A stretch of 64,000 bases of DNA. It comes from Oikopleura dioica. Lineage: Eukaryota; Animalia; Chordata. Under the pieces are notes generated by a model. That model made no database searches and was not told the DNA's origin. It saw nothing but the letters and a program-made list of their open reading frames with translations. The stretch is taken from NCBI GenBank assembly GCA_907165135.1, contig OU015567.1, positions 11,656,001 through 11,720,000 on the forward strand, read 5' to 3'. The position numbers were made by a program, and so were the translations under genes. This document shows, one piece after another, positions 1 through 12,253 of this stretch (the stretch's first letter is position 1; the number at the start of each line of letters is the position of its first letter).

Positions 1-143
1 ATAGAAAAGTTGGAGAAAGCTTGCTTAAAACGAAGCACGGTCACTTTTGGTTTCGCGAAGTTGGTTTGAACTTTAAGTCGGTTGGAGTTTGGATTGCCAT
101 TTGGATCGTTTTTTGTACAGAAGGAGTTTTCTTCTTCAGTCGT

Positions 144-1561
144 CTATTTGATCAGCAGAGGGCGGGGAATGTCGTAAATCTGAACAAAGCGAAATTAGAT
201 TATTTAATCAATTAGGTTAATTAAGAGTAGCGGGATTGATAAATTTCGATCGATTTCGACCAGAGAAGTTGACCTCAGCGGTTTGGCCGTGTCAACATGA
301 CATTTGAGCGAATTAATTAATTGCCCCCTTTTTTCTAATTAACAAAATTTAGAAAGTTCCGATGATCGAAAAATAAAGAAGAAAGTTCATCCGAGCAAAT
401 GGTAAAGCAAATAGAAGGCGCTCGATCATTCATTTTTGAATTGGGTGTGATAAATTGCCCAATTTCTACATCAATCGCTTCACTTTTGAAGCTTCCGGTA
501 GTCAGAGAACATAATTGCCCATTTATTTGACGATTTTTTTACTTTACTTTGACTCATTATGACAGGCTTTTAGTAATTGCGGCCAATTTTCCTTTGAAAT
601 TTATATTCTCATGATCGGTATCTGTTTTCTTAATATTTTACACGAGTGAAATATGGGACAATAGCCGTTGAATCGATTTTCGAGCTCAACTCGCCTCAAG
701 ATAACGGTGATCTCGCCCTAAACAGCATATGGTGCAGCTCGCCCTCCTGCTGAGCGCAAATTTGATCCTGTCAGAGAAAATTGCTTTTCGCTGGCTAATT
801 GCACTCCGAATAATGTGAGACGCAAATTTATCTTGCGCCACGGTCCCGCTTGGAATTCGCGAAAATTTTTCGGTAATAAAATCTTCGAAAAAGGAATTTT
901 CAGGTTTTATTAACCTTTCGGAGGGTTAAAAGTTGGGGCAATTAATTTATACGTCCAAATGTCAAGTGCCGAAAATGATTTTTCAAGTACTTACATCGTC
1001 CTCCTCTTCTTCAACTTCCGAGATGATTCGATGAGGCCGCGGGATGTCATATTCGTCCTCTTCTTCCTCCTCAAGAATCTTTGTCGTCGAGCCAAAGGGT
1101 CGAGGAACGTCGTAGTCTTCGTCATCCATGAAGTTCTCGGCGGGCTGTCCGTCTGGAACAACGCGGGCGTTCGGGCTAGTTACTGGGACATCGTAGTCCT
1201 CCTCGTCGTCGTCGTATTGGTTAAGCGATGCTCTTGGTGTCTCCGTGCTGACTGGGCGCGTCTTCTGAGCTGGCAGCTGATCGTAATCTTCGTAATCATC
1301 CTCTTCGTCGACTTCGTATTGGTCCGAGAATCCCCTCGAGCTTCGTTCGGAACCGATTCCAGAGGTGCTCGCAGATCTTGCCGAGTAGATATCTCCACTC
1401 AAACCTTTGCCATTCGACGATCCACCCTTTGTCAAGTCGATGACGGAACCGAGAGTTTCTTCAATCTGCGCCTTGATGATCTCTTGCTCTTCGGCGGTAG
1501 AATGTCTCTTCTCGCAAATCTCTGAGTCTTCTTTAGTTCTGCAGCTAACGCAAGCTCCCAT
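144..1561 (-). CDS. Two-exon ~200-aa acidic, disordered membrane adaptor-like protein (N-terminal MGxC acylation signal, repeated YDxP motifs)
   Basis: Exon 1 (1561-995) starts MGACVSC and ends EEEEDD at a GTAAGT donor (994). Exon 2 (179-144) follows a TTCAG acceptor in phase 0 and reads IYDIPRPLLIK*, continuing the repeated motif (EDYDVP, EDYDVPRP, DEYDIPRP). Confidence 0.7.
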
Positions 1562-4500
1562 TTTTTCTGATTTCTGTTTGAGTTACTCTTCGAGTACAAT
1601 TCTGTATTGTTCGTTTGAAAAATATATTATGATTGCGTGAAGATCTTGCGCGGGGTGTATTATTTCGCGCAGAGTGCGCTGCGCGGGGCACCCCCAGCGC
1701 GCCATCCACGAGCAGGCGCTAAGGTGCGATCTCCAACCAGCGGCTTTTGAGCTTTTCGTTCATCTGATGGTCAAGTTGCGAGGCGGCTGGCCACCTGCTG
1801 CGTGTAGATGGGGACTCTAAGAATCGGTAGCAAGGTTAATTATTGATACGGAACAAGATGGCAACAGGACAAGGTGGTTTTCTACGAACAGGTCGATAGA
1901 ATTCAACTGCAGGAAGTTTCAGTCTGCCTTGAAGCTTGTCTTCTCTTCCAAATTGTAGATATATATTCAGGATCCTTTATTTTGAGGAAGAAAAAGTAGC
2001 GTTTTAAATGAAAAGAAACGGGCTTTGAAATTAAAATGGGTTCTTCTCTACCTTTTACGGCATAAAAACAGACGAAAGAAGAAAACAACGGTATCAATAA
2101 AAACTTTCGACCTTGTTATTCTGCTCTTCTCAAAAGAAACGTCGGGATAAACAAAAACTGCAGAGATCAAGGTACCTTGTCACCGATTCAAGCCGCGTAA
2201 ATATTTATCCCTGTCAATTTGACCTAGTTTAACTCCAATAAATGATTGATACTATCATCGCGCGGCCGATTGAATCCGTCTGATAGTCCCTTTTTATTGA
2301 AAAAAGAAGTGGGTCCTAAGTGCAAATTGCGGGCTAAAGAGTCGCTAATCTCTATTGAGAATCCACAGACTCTTGAAAGACAAACAGTGAGTGCCAGAAA
2401 AGAGGATGAGAAAGTGACGTATCAGACAGTTAGGCGGGAATAAATCATTCAAAAGTGAGCTCCTGTGTATTCATCAGAACACTGAAACACTTACTTTGCG
2501 CTTCTGGGACAACGCTAGGCCACTTGACCTGCTCACGGGCCAGCCGACGAGCTGAATTTCGCGACAGTTAGCTACTTGACTCTTCCCAGATGCTCGTCAA
2601 GTGTATAGCTTTTTTCGTTAGTTGAGGGGAAAGCGTCTTTTCCACCTGACAAAAGCCTGTGACCTCTTCTGAGTCAACCATCCATGAATTGATTCCCCAA
2701 AAAAGAGGATGATAAGCTCCAGCACTAAATAACTAAACGGATCTATTGAAGCCTAAAGTCCCCGTTTTGCGAACAAACAGCTTATAAAAATACTCTCCAA
2801 AGAAAAGTTTTAATTCAAAAAGACTTTGAAAAGAAAGTATCGCTTCTTTATTTTCTCAGAAAACATATAAAACACGATTCTTGCTGTTTCAATCAATGGC
2901 TCACGGAGTGTTCAGCAAATTTTGTAATGATAAGGTCAGTTACTTCAAATTTTCCGCCACCCGGTAGTGCCAAGAATTGTATTTTTACGATGGAATTTAT
3001 GCCTCCCGGAAGGCTGCAAAAAGGCCATGTTGTCTATTCAAGCGCGTGAAATCTTCCCTCCTGTAGAAAATTGCTGATGGACTGGAAATCTAGTTGAGTA
3101 ATACAATTTTCCATATTCTTGGTATTTTTGCATGAGAAGACAAAAACAAGGGCTCCTAATCATTGATTAGATCGACTCCCAGGGATTGAAACAGACGCTG
3201 AAAAATGTCTTATCAGAAGATGATATGAAGCAGCTTCAGTCACAAACTGATTCCGATGCGACAAAACTTGAGCATTTAAAAGAGCCCACCCGCGGGCTGG
3301 CATTTCCTCCTCTTTTCCCATACTAATATGCATTTTCTGATGAATAGGATCATTTCGCAATTGTCGTTGATTGAGAGGACTCCAAGGACAACTGGAAGAT
3401 GTGGTACCGCCAATGTCCAAATGCCAAACATCGATTGTCCACGCGCCGCGTTTGATGCATTTTCAATTTTAATTTTAACTTGAATAGAGAATGAAATAAA
3501 AACTCAAAGGCATATACCCTCCTTTTCAAGTCTGTATTGATTATATTATCTTTTTTGATGGCTGTGTTCCATGTTATCGTTAAAAAAAAAGAATAATTGA
3601 TCTGGTGATCAAATGATCGAAAACAAGGCATTTGCACGCAACCTCACTTGTCCCCAGATTCTAGGAAAATTATTGCCATAATAGACATTTAGCATTGATA
3701 ACTTATCAACACAAGGGGAATTGAAGTTCCGCCTCGCCAATTTGGTCTCAAACATTTTCGATTTTTGTGTGATATTTTGAGCATATTTTCAAAACAATTT
3801 TAGTTTGTTAAGATCCATCTGCTCAACTAAATACATGGATGTTATCACTGACGCATTTTTAAAATAAACAGTTGGGATTTAAAAACGCCCTAAACACAAC
3901 ATAAGAAAACATAAATATCATTTTCGTTCTCAGAAAATCGTTTAGAGGCCTAGGCCTTTTTGGAATGGAGATTTGACAGGGCGGAAGAAATCTTCGACTC
4001 CTGCTGGGAAACTATTTGTTTGGAAAAAAATCCTTTGGCAATTTGAGAGCTCTGACGGGGGGCTGACTTTATGCCAACTCAGAACGCGCAAGGAGTGATC
4101 TAAAGGACCGCTTCCTGAAAAACTCCTTTGAGCGGGTGCCAACGAAAGGTCAATTAGAAGACATAAAAGACTCACTCGCACGCTTTCGCTCTTGAATCAT
4201 GATTATTTAGATAAAGAAATAAAATAATATAAATTTGCCTTTTTAACTTGTTGACAGACGAAAGATTATTCACACTTAGAAAGTTCCCATCAAAGTGCGC
4301 CTAAGTCGCCATAAATAGTGGTACAGGTGCTAAACACATACAGCTCAATACTCTCAGAGAGGCATCAAGTTGAGCTGGAAAAACGGGATCAAAAAGGGCA
4401 GGGAAACAAAATGACAGCTGAGGAGTTTTCTAATGGATTGTATAAACAGAAACCTTTCATAAGTTATTTACGTGAGGAAATTGAATCCAAACGGAATAAA

Positions 4501-5507
4501 TTTCAAAAGAAAATGCTCTTCAACTTCGGCTTCAAAAATGGGCTAAGTTTTTCCATAATTATGATAGCAAAAGCCATGCGCTTATTTTTGTTGGGCTGAT
4601 CTTATAATTTGCACCCTCTGTAGCCTGTTGGTACGTTGTGATTGAGAGCTAAGGATATGATGCGGAAATTTGCGGATTATCCGCCAGTTGGGCTATTGAT
4701 TGTTTATTGCGAGCATCGGAAATGAAGGATTTGCCTATTCTAACGCCACATGTGTCCAGTACCCGTAACGGGTTAAATCCGTTTTTCCTCGGCCTTGAAT
4801 ATCCAGTTGACCAGCGCACGGGAATACAAGAAAATCCGGAACGAGCGTGAAATTAGCCCATGATCACGCGGAAAAGAGGGATGAAATTGATGGGAAAGAT
4901 CCGAAATCGATATAGTCATCCTTATTATGTCTTTTGGAATTTTAGGTTTTAGCGACAAGCCGACCCTGAGCTCACTGATGTGGACGGAACAGGTGCGCGC
5001 CGCTCGATTTTCCTTTCATTTTTTAAATTCCAGTTCCATTCGCCTCAGAATATTTTAGCATGAAATTAAAATCATGTCTTTTTTGATAGTTTCTTCGATA
5101 AAAATACATATTTTTACAGGGCTAAGTGACCTAGCTAAATTCATTGAACTATTCTCTCAATGCTCGAGTAGTACCAAATTGCTCTTTGATCGAGAACATT
5201 TTTTGAAAGGATCAAAAAGCCCTTCGTCTCAGATAAAAGCTCAAGGTTGTCACGGATCAATTCCTCCTTTCTCCCCCTCTTGACCGGAAATTGTCTTTCG
5301 TCGAGAAAAACCGCTTTGCGCAATTTTGAAATTGACTCTTTTTTGTCCGGTCAATTGTTTTTGAGGAAATATTGCGCTGTTTGATTTCAGCGAAGACGGA
5401 TCACTTTCTTGAAGATTAAGATACTTCAAAGGCTATTTAATAATTATCAATCACAATCTCCAACAAACTTATTTCAAATAAGTTATTTGAAGCTTTATTC
5501 AATTGAA

Positions 5508-7002
5508 CTAAACATAGCATTTTTCAGCGTTGATAGAAATCGGCGGCTCCAAAACACCATCGGCGACTTCTGGATTCGGTGAGTCTTGGAAGTAGTGGTA
5601 CTCTTCAAACTCCCTTAATCTCATTAGCAAAAGAATTTGTATAAGATAACAACCTGTAAAGAACATTCTCAAATGTCAATCCTGTGATAGGATACTCAGG
5701 AGTCCCAATAAAACAGCCAGCTTGTCTGAACCCTCTTCCTTGCAAATTTCTCATGGTTATATCATAAAACTCCGCGATGCTCGTTTCGTTTCTTTCATTT
5801 GACGATGAATAATAAATCGTCGACATCTTCACCGGTCCATTACAATTTCGGAAAGTCAAGTCTTCAAAAGTGATGTTGAAGACTTTTCCGCCTCGACCAA
5901 TAGAGCTCTTGAAGTCAATCCCTGCATCAAACAACTCGTCAGAGTCGAAGTTTCCAAAGACACAGTTTCTAACTACAATATCCTTTTCCCGCGCTTGAAA
6001 GAAATTCCTTTTGAAATCAAGGAAGAACTCCATGATCAACAACCCTTTCAAACCCTGCCTGAACACCACCGCTCATTTCGCTCCCAACAGCAAAGTTTTC
6101 ATTAATAAAGACTGAATTTTCCACGAGCACATTTTTCGTTGGCATACCAAATTCTCTACCACAGTAGTCAAAGCCGCTCTAAAATTTGTTCTTTGAATGA
6201 TCAAAATCTTTATTGCCTTTAGCGCAATAACATCATCTCCAACATCAACGAATACATCGTGGATATGAACATTTGAGGTGCTATCAATGTCGATTCCATC
6301 GGTATTTCGGCTGAAACCTTGGAATCATAGAATAGATTCTTTCCAACCTGTTGTGCTGAGCGAGAATGGCAACATCAGAAATCTCGATATTCTCAGAGTA
6401 AACAAAATGAATCGTCCAAAAGGGTGAATCCTTCCATGTGAGCTTTTCGATCTTGACATTTTTGCATTCAAGACATTGAAAAAGCCTTGGCCGTTCGAAC
6501 TTCAAGGTTTCCGAATTCCTCGTCCACCAATTTACGCCTTCTCCATTTATGACTCCTTTGCCCGTGAAGAATACGTTTTCAACTTGCGAGCCGTAGAAAA
6601 CCGAGCGGTAAAGTCCACTCTTGCTCGCTGCTAGTCCATCTCTTGCGATGCAATAGCTCGGTAGAGTCGGCATGACCTGATAATCATCTTCGTTTTCTGA
6701 TGCAATTATCTCACAACCCTTAGGGAAATGATAAGTTCTTGAAGCAATTTATAAATAGGTTCAGAAAGTGATCCAGCTTACGTATTTGTGGAAAGTGTTA
6801 GCGATGCAATTTTCATTTTTTCGGCTGGAAAATTTACGACGAGATGTGCGTGTGGATCTTGTTCTGCGCATTCTTTGATCTGAGTACTCAAGAACGATGT
6901 CAATTCAACAGGTGGTAGAATCTCTGTTGGGAGAATTAGGTCGCATGTTTGTGTGACTTTAGAGTTAATCACTCCTAAGAAGAGGAAAATTAAAGAGTTC
7001 AT
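5508..7002 (-). CDS. Secreted glycoside hydrolase family 28 (polygalacturonase-like, pectin-lyase fold), 6 exons
   Basis: Hydrophobic N-terminus MNSLIFLFLGVINS. The spliced reading gives GKGVINGEGVNWW, ERPRLF, DSPFWTIHF, RNTDGIDID, VGDDVIALK|SGFDYCGREFGMPTK, AVGSEMSGGVQ|DIVVRN and GIDFKSSIGRGG, all typical GH28 motifs. Introns at about 6739-6781, 6311-6347, 6179-6216 (GC-AG), 5983-6058 (GC-AG) and 5614-5653. Stop TAG at 5510-5508. Confidence 0.9.
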
Positions 7003-7203
7003 CGTGCATTTGATTCCCTTGGAATATGAATAAGTTTTCTCGTGAGTAGGAACATGTGTTGCTATCGCAAGCATCTCCCCTCCCACTCTTTGCTTCTTTA
7101 TTCTCTACCTGCAATAACGAAAGAAAACTTAATTTTATATAGTTCTATTTTATTCATTCCAATAACGCGGGCGTTTGACGAGTATGATTTGACAGTTGAA
7201 AAG

Positions 7204-8282
7204 CTACTCGTGGATCTTGATCATCGTTCCCTCGTAGAACCATTGTCGGCAGTGTGGACAACGCCCTCTTTCGTCCTCGTCATCATCGTTGTAGATAATT
7301 TGCTCGAGGCATCTCCTGCAAGCAACATGACCGCATCCTCTCAGCACCATCTTGTTCTTGAACCAGTCATCGCCGTACTCTTCCATGCACACCCGGCATT
7401 TTTTGCCTATAATAATGGCCACATCTAACTATTCTCTATTTTACATTATCGTACCTGCGTTCTCGTTTTCGTCCGCCTTGTATTCTTGGCAGCTGACGCC
7501 GTAGTATTCGTAAGAAACCTGCTTGTACCGTTTCGCGACGAATTGCAACTTTTCGTCTTTCTGCTTCAAGATTTCCTCTGTCTTTTCCTGAACTTTCTTC
7601 GTCTCCGCGATTTCCTTGTCCGTTTCTTGGATTGTCTTTGAGATTTCCCTGATCGTCTTCTTTCGATAGACCTGAGAATTCTCTATCTCCTCGATCTTCT
7701 TCTTTTTATCATCCAATTTGTTTTTCGCTTTTGTTTTCTCTCCTTTAGCTTGGACATGGAATTCCCTGATGACGGCAAGCTTCTTTCTCTGGGCTTAAAT
7801 TCACATAAAATCATTTGAAGAGTATAAAAAGTTACCTTTTTCATTCGTTGTTAGCCACTTGGAGGCCTTTTCGCAACATGATCCGAGAAAGAATTCACGA
7901 AATGAGATCTTCCTCGATTTGCAGCTTCCGGTTTCGGTAAACGATGGACATTTGAACTCGGCATCGGACTTCTCAAATTTGTAAAAAAGAGTTGTTTTGC
8001 TTATGCTATGCTTCGTTTTCGCACACTTTTCGCAGAACCTCTCGTTGCCTATTTTGACCGTTTCTGATGGTACCCTGAATAAAGGAATAAAATTATTTAG
8101 TCAACAAAGGTCTAAAAATCGTACCCGTCGCAGTCAGATCCTTGGCACATCCCAAACTGACCGTAGGAAGTGATCGCACCAGGAAAGATCTCCTCGAATT
8201 CGTTCAGCTTTTTTTCTGTTCTCGCTCTCTTGGGTGTCGTATTGGGAACATCGTCATGGGTTGACCGGGATCGAAGCTTCAT
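7204..8282 (-). CDS. RING-finger protein (N-terminal Cys-rich region, coiled coil, C-terminal C3HC4 RING); putative E3 ligase
   Basis: C-terminal CRVC...CGHVACRRC...CPHC, Lys/Glu-rich coiled coil (ORF 7441-7716), Cys-rich exons upstream (CQGSDC, CEKC, CPSF, CCEK). ATG at 8282 follows a TTTCTAG acceptor. Confidence 0.8.
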
Positions 8283-11200
8283 TTTGCTAGAAACAAACTT
8301 TTGTTTCAGTTTAGTTAAAATATCTCTATATTTTTAACAGTTTACTCATTCAAAAAACATTTTTTTAATTATATTTTCTCACTTTTTATCTTCTCTTTTT
8401 CGGGCTGCGACGAAAATGATTTTTTCAGAAATAGAAATTTCGAAACAATTCTCGAAAAAAACTTGGATTTTTATCTTTTTATCGACTCACGCTTCGAGTC
8501 AAATTCGGAAAAGGACGTCCAAAAACTCATATCAACCTGATTCCGAAACGCAAATGAATCATCTCGATCGCGAAAAGTTTTCGCCAAAAATAGCGAATTT
8601 TCTAGGAATCAAATAGGAATATCGAATGTGAATTATCAAAAAATTCTCTAGAACTTATGTTGTTGTCTTTTCTAAATTGATCATTTTATCAGTCCGTGGA
8701 CTTTGGTGGTCCGAAATAGTGAAAATTCAAGGTACGTTTCAAGGTTTACTGTTTTCTGTCCACTGTTTTTCTTTGTTTACTCGTTCATTTTAGAGCTGCG
8801 ATAAAAAACTGCTGCGAAGCACAGAGAAGAGTTCTGTGGGCAATTTCAATGGAGAGAAGATTTACTTCATTGCTGGGAAACATATGCCCAGATTATGTTG
8901 CAGAAAGCAATAAAAACCTATCAAATGTCTCAAAATCATTCTACTGTGTCTTTCTTAGCAGGATGTTAGCTTAGATGCCGGTAGTCAGCGGTTATCATGA
9001 GGTTATGAATGTCGTTGTTGATTTCAGTAGTTCTAATTTAGTAGTAGATTCTTAATTTTTGAACTTCTTAATGCGATTGATCTTTGTTCTATTAATAGAA
9101 ATCTGCTTTCCAAGGCAAATATAATTTATTTAACAATTTTAAATAAATGACGTCAATCCAAACCATGTAGAGGCAGTTCAATTAAAGCTGCTAATTTGTC
9201 GCTCTGTGTACCTGACAATCATTCAAATCCACTAAAGGCTAGTGCGCTACGCACTTGAAGCGTCGTGATCGCACAAATCTGTAGTCCACGTTTTGACGCG
9301 CTAGAATTAACGGGAACAAGTTCAAAGAACACTTTGCTTTAGGAAATAAAAGATACGAGGTCGTTCTCATCATAAACGGTTATTTACAAGCGCCAATTTG
9401 GTGCAAATATATCTGGCTTGGTTAATAAACAAATTAATTTCAGCGGCTCTGAGTCTGAAATAAGTGCAAACGTATACAATCAGTCTCAATAAACGCGGCC
9501 AGCGTCACAGTACGAGAGCCGTCAGCACAAGGAGTGTAGTCACCGCTCCCTGCCCCCGAGCGAGTGAAAGCAGCTTCTCCTCCGCTTTAGTCGATGACTG
9601 AAGGGAGAGAGACTGCGGTGCGTGTGTGTATCCTTAGTGTGGTAAGGAGGTAACACGCGCGCGCGCCCAACAAAGAGAAGAAAGAAAACGAAGCTAGACT
9701 GCCGTAGTGCGTCGTGCTAGGGTTAACGCACTAACTCTACACGGCCCCTATCACCCAGGAGCATAATTGACAAACATTCTTTTCAACAGAAAAATTGATT
9801 ATCCACTTTTTTGGCAGTAAGAGATCCCTTGAAGACAGAAAATAAACAACAAAGAGATAAAAGCCGAAATCAACGAGGAAGACTTCCAGTAAGTCGTAAA
9901 ACTAATTCGTGAGCAAATTGTTTTATGGCCTTTGCAAGCAGCCGATCCGTTCTTCTCGTGATTTGATCATGTGATGCCCTGTTAATTTTATCTTTCTAAA
10001 GTTATTCTTTGACCTTGAGACTCATCGTTGATATCAAAAGTGCCAAAGCCAAGAAATAGCATTTTGACCTTATCAAGGGGCAATTTTATTTTCCATATAA
10101 AAAGTGTGTAATCTATTGACCAAGTGCTGTTTAATACGATTTCCACTATTAAATGACGTCGCATAGGAAAGGGGAAATAAAAGCAAATACTAACGAGAGG
10201 AGGACAATGGAAAACTCACCTCCATAGTCAGATTTATATCAGGCGTCTTACTCTTTAGGCACACACAGTGAATACAGGGCCCATTTTATCTACGCTGACA
10301 AACGGAAATTGTAGGATTAATTGAGCCACGCTTGAAACGTTCAAAAAGGACAATGCTTCCAACATAGAGCTTTTTATAGAGCCAAAATTTGAAGAAGACC
10401 CTGGGTTAATATTTTACGAAATGTAAGTTTTCAGAAACAACTTGAGTTGCCCTCAAATAACCTAGAATAGTTTGAAAGGAAATTTTCCTTTATTACCATT
10501 AATAAATACGTTAATAATCGAGTGATTCGAATCCATTAAAAATGAAAGAAACTGACGGGCTGGAAAATTTCATTGTTCAGTTAAATTATGATAGAGAACG
10601 AAGCATTTGTTTGAAATAATAACAGAATCAAAGAGAGAACGAGACACTTGATTCTGTGAGTTCGGGCGAACTCGTCCTCTCGATAGCACTTGTTCCCACG
10701 AATTGAACGTCGTTGGGCGTCGCTTGGCCTTTCCAGCCGACGTTCTGGGATCACTTTCAGCTGTCCTCCAAACGTCCATCAAAATACGTAGTCACAATTC
10801 CAGGGAGACGTTCAGATAATTAGGGGTACGTTCACTTACGCTTTTAACTTTTTAAAAAAGATCAAATCAAGATTTTTTTGAAAATGAAAGATCATTTTTG
10901 AATGTTTTCGATTAAAGCTCTATTCAGAAAATGTATAATTATTTCTTAGTTTAACTTATGGTTGAGAATCTAATTGTGATTCTACAATAAAAACGTTTCT
11001 GCAGATTCTGCAGCGCAGAATCGATTGCGGAATAAATAATTAAGGGTTGCATTATTGGCGCTATTAGATTCGTAGTCATAAAATGAAAGTAGAATGACTG
11101 GAGCGCGATATTATAGCAATGATCAAGGTCGTGAGCCAGGGAAGCCAACGTAACGATGAGCGCACATCGTTAAAAATGCAACGCGGCATAAATAAGAAAC

Positions 11201-12253
11201 GTGCCCGTGTAGCAATCATCTTAGAGGCAAAATGCAGAGAAAAACCCCAGCCGCACAGTAAACCATCGAAAAAAAGTAAAAAAGAAGAATAATAAAATTG
11301 CTATTAATCTTTTGAAATTAGAATTATTTTATGTCACTGGTTAAAGTTTTATTGCGCCAGACTGGAACATCCTTGAAAAGATAATTAACTGACGATTAAA
11401 GAATAATTACAAACGTAAAGCCAGATTCTGATAATATTATTTATTTTATTATGCCTGGTATTGCAAGCAATTGTTTTATATTCCGCCTTTGCCGCACGAT
11501 TTTCCAAGGATTAACAGCGTAAAGACTCTCTTGAAGACAACACTCATTTCGTTCACGAAAAAATAGCCCCGGCCGATCTGATTAGTTAATCATCGGAATC
11601 TACAGTTTCCCCCATTTCCTCGTATTCTCGGCGCTTCTCACGTTGCTTGAAGAGCGCTTCTGTGCGCAGAGTAGGCTCGGCGGCACGAGAGCACCGTCAA
11701 ATTGGTGTCAGATTTGGTGAAAACGGGTTTCGGTGAAATCATCAAATCGACTTCGGATGATGCTCGAGCACTTGATTCGAGAAATTAATAAAAATTAAAC
11801 GCCCCATACTTTTTTCTTGCCTCCACTTTTTGGACGAGAGACGATGGTCGAACTGCTTCGGCCGACGATAGACGATGAGGGCCATTCGCCCTCTCAGCGA
11901 TATAGTCCAATAGTAAACATAACTACAAGCTATTTTCTTGGGAGACCTCATTTCTTTAAATGGCTTTATATCTTACAATAACCAAGGCTTTCTCAGTAAC
12001 CCTTCCTCTCAGATCGACGAGCCATCATTCGGGTGGTGGAAGAACATGGAAGTCTCCATTCCACCCGCGCTAGAATCAAGTTCCGCGACGACTATCGACA
12101 GCCAAAAGTAATCGGGGTTCAATCGATTAATTTTGAAAATCTACGAGGGATAAGTTTACGTCCACAAACGTAACATTTAAGAAATATTTTCCCCGGAAGA
12201 ATTATGTCAACATTCTTCACGTTTCAAAGTTCTCGAATCGTCGAAATACAAAG

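Noticed and set aside
360-520. Minus-strand open stretch initially read as a PH-like exon of the adaptor gene
   Set aside because: It ends in a stop without a suitable donor; direct phase-0 splicing from 994 to 180 explains the gene better.
1900-5300. Scattered 60-95 aa ORFs and splice-like signals (e.g. minus-strand donor near 2490, ORFs 3160-3420, 3942-4181, 4318-4599)
   Set aside because: No consistent exon chain or recognisable domain could be built; may be a decayed gene, TE remnant or non-coding DNA.
8300-12200. Long gene-poor interval with GC-rich patches (9500-9760) upstream of GMEB; checked for tRNA, snRNA, 5S and SL RNA
   Set aside because: No cloverleaf or recognisable RNA gene sequence seen; probably regulatory DNA, but nothing specific is supportable.
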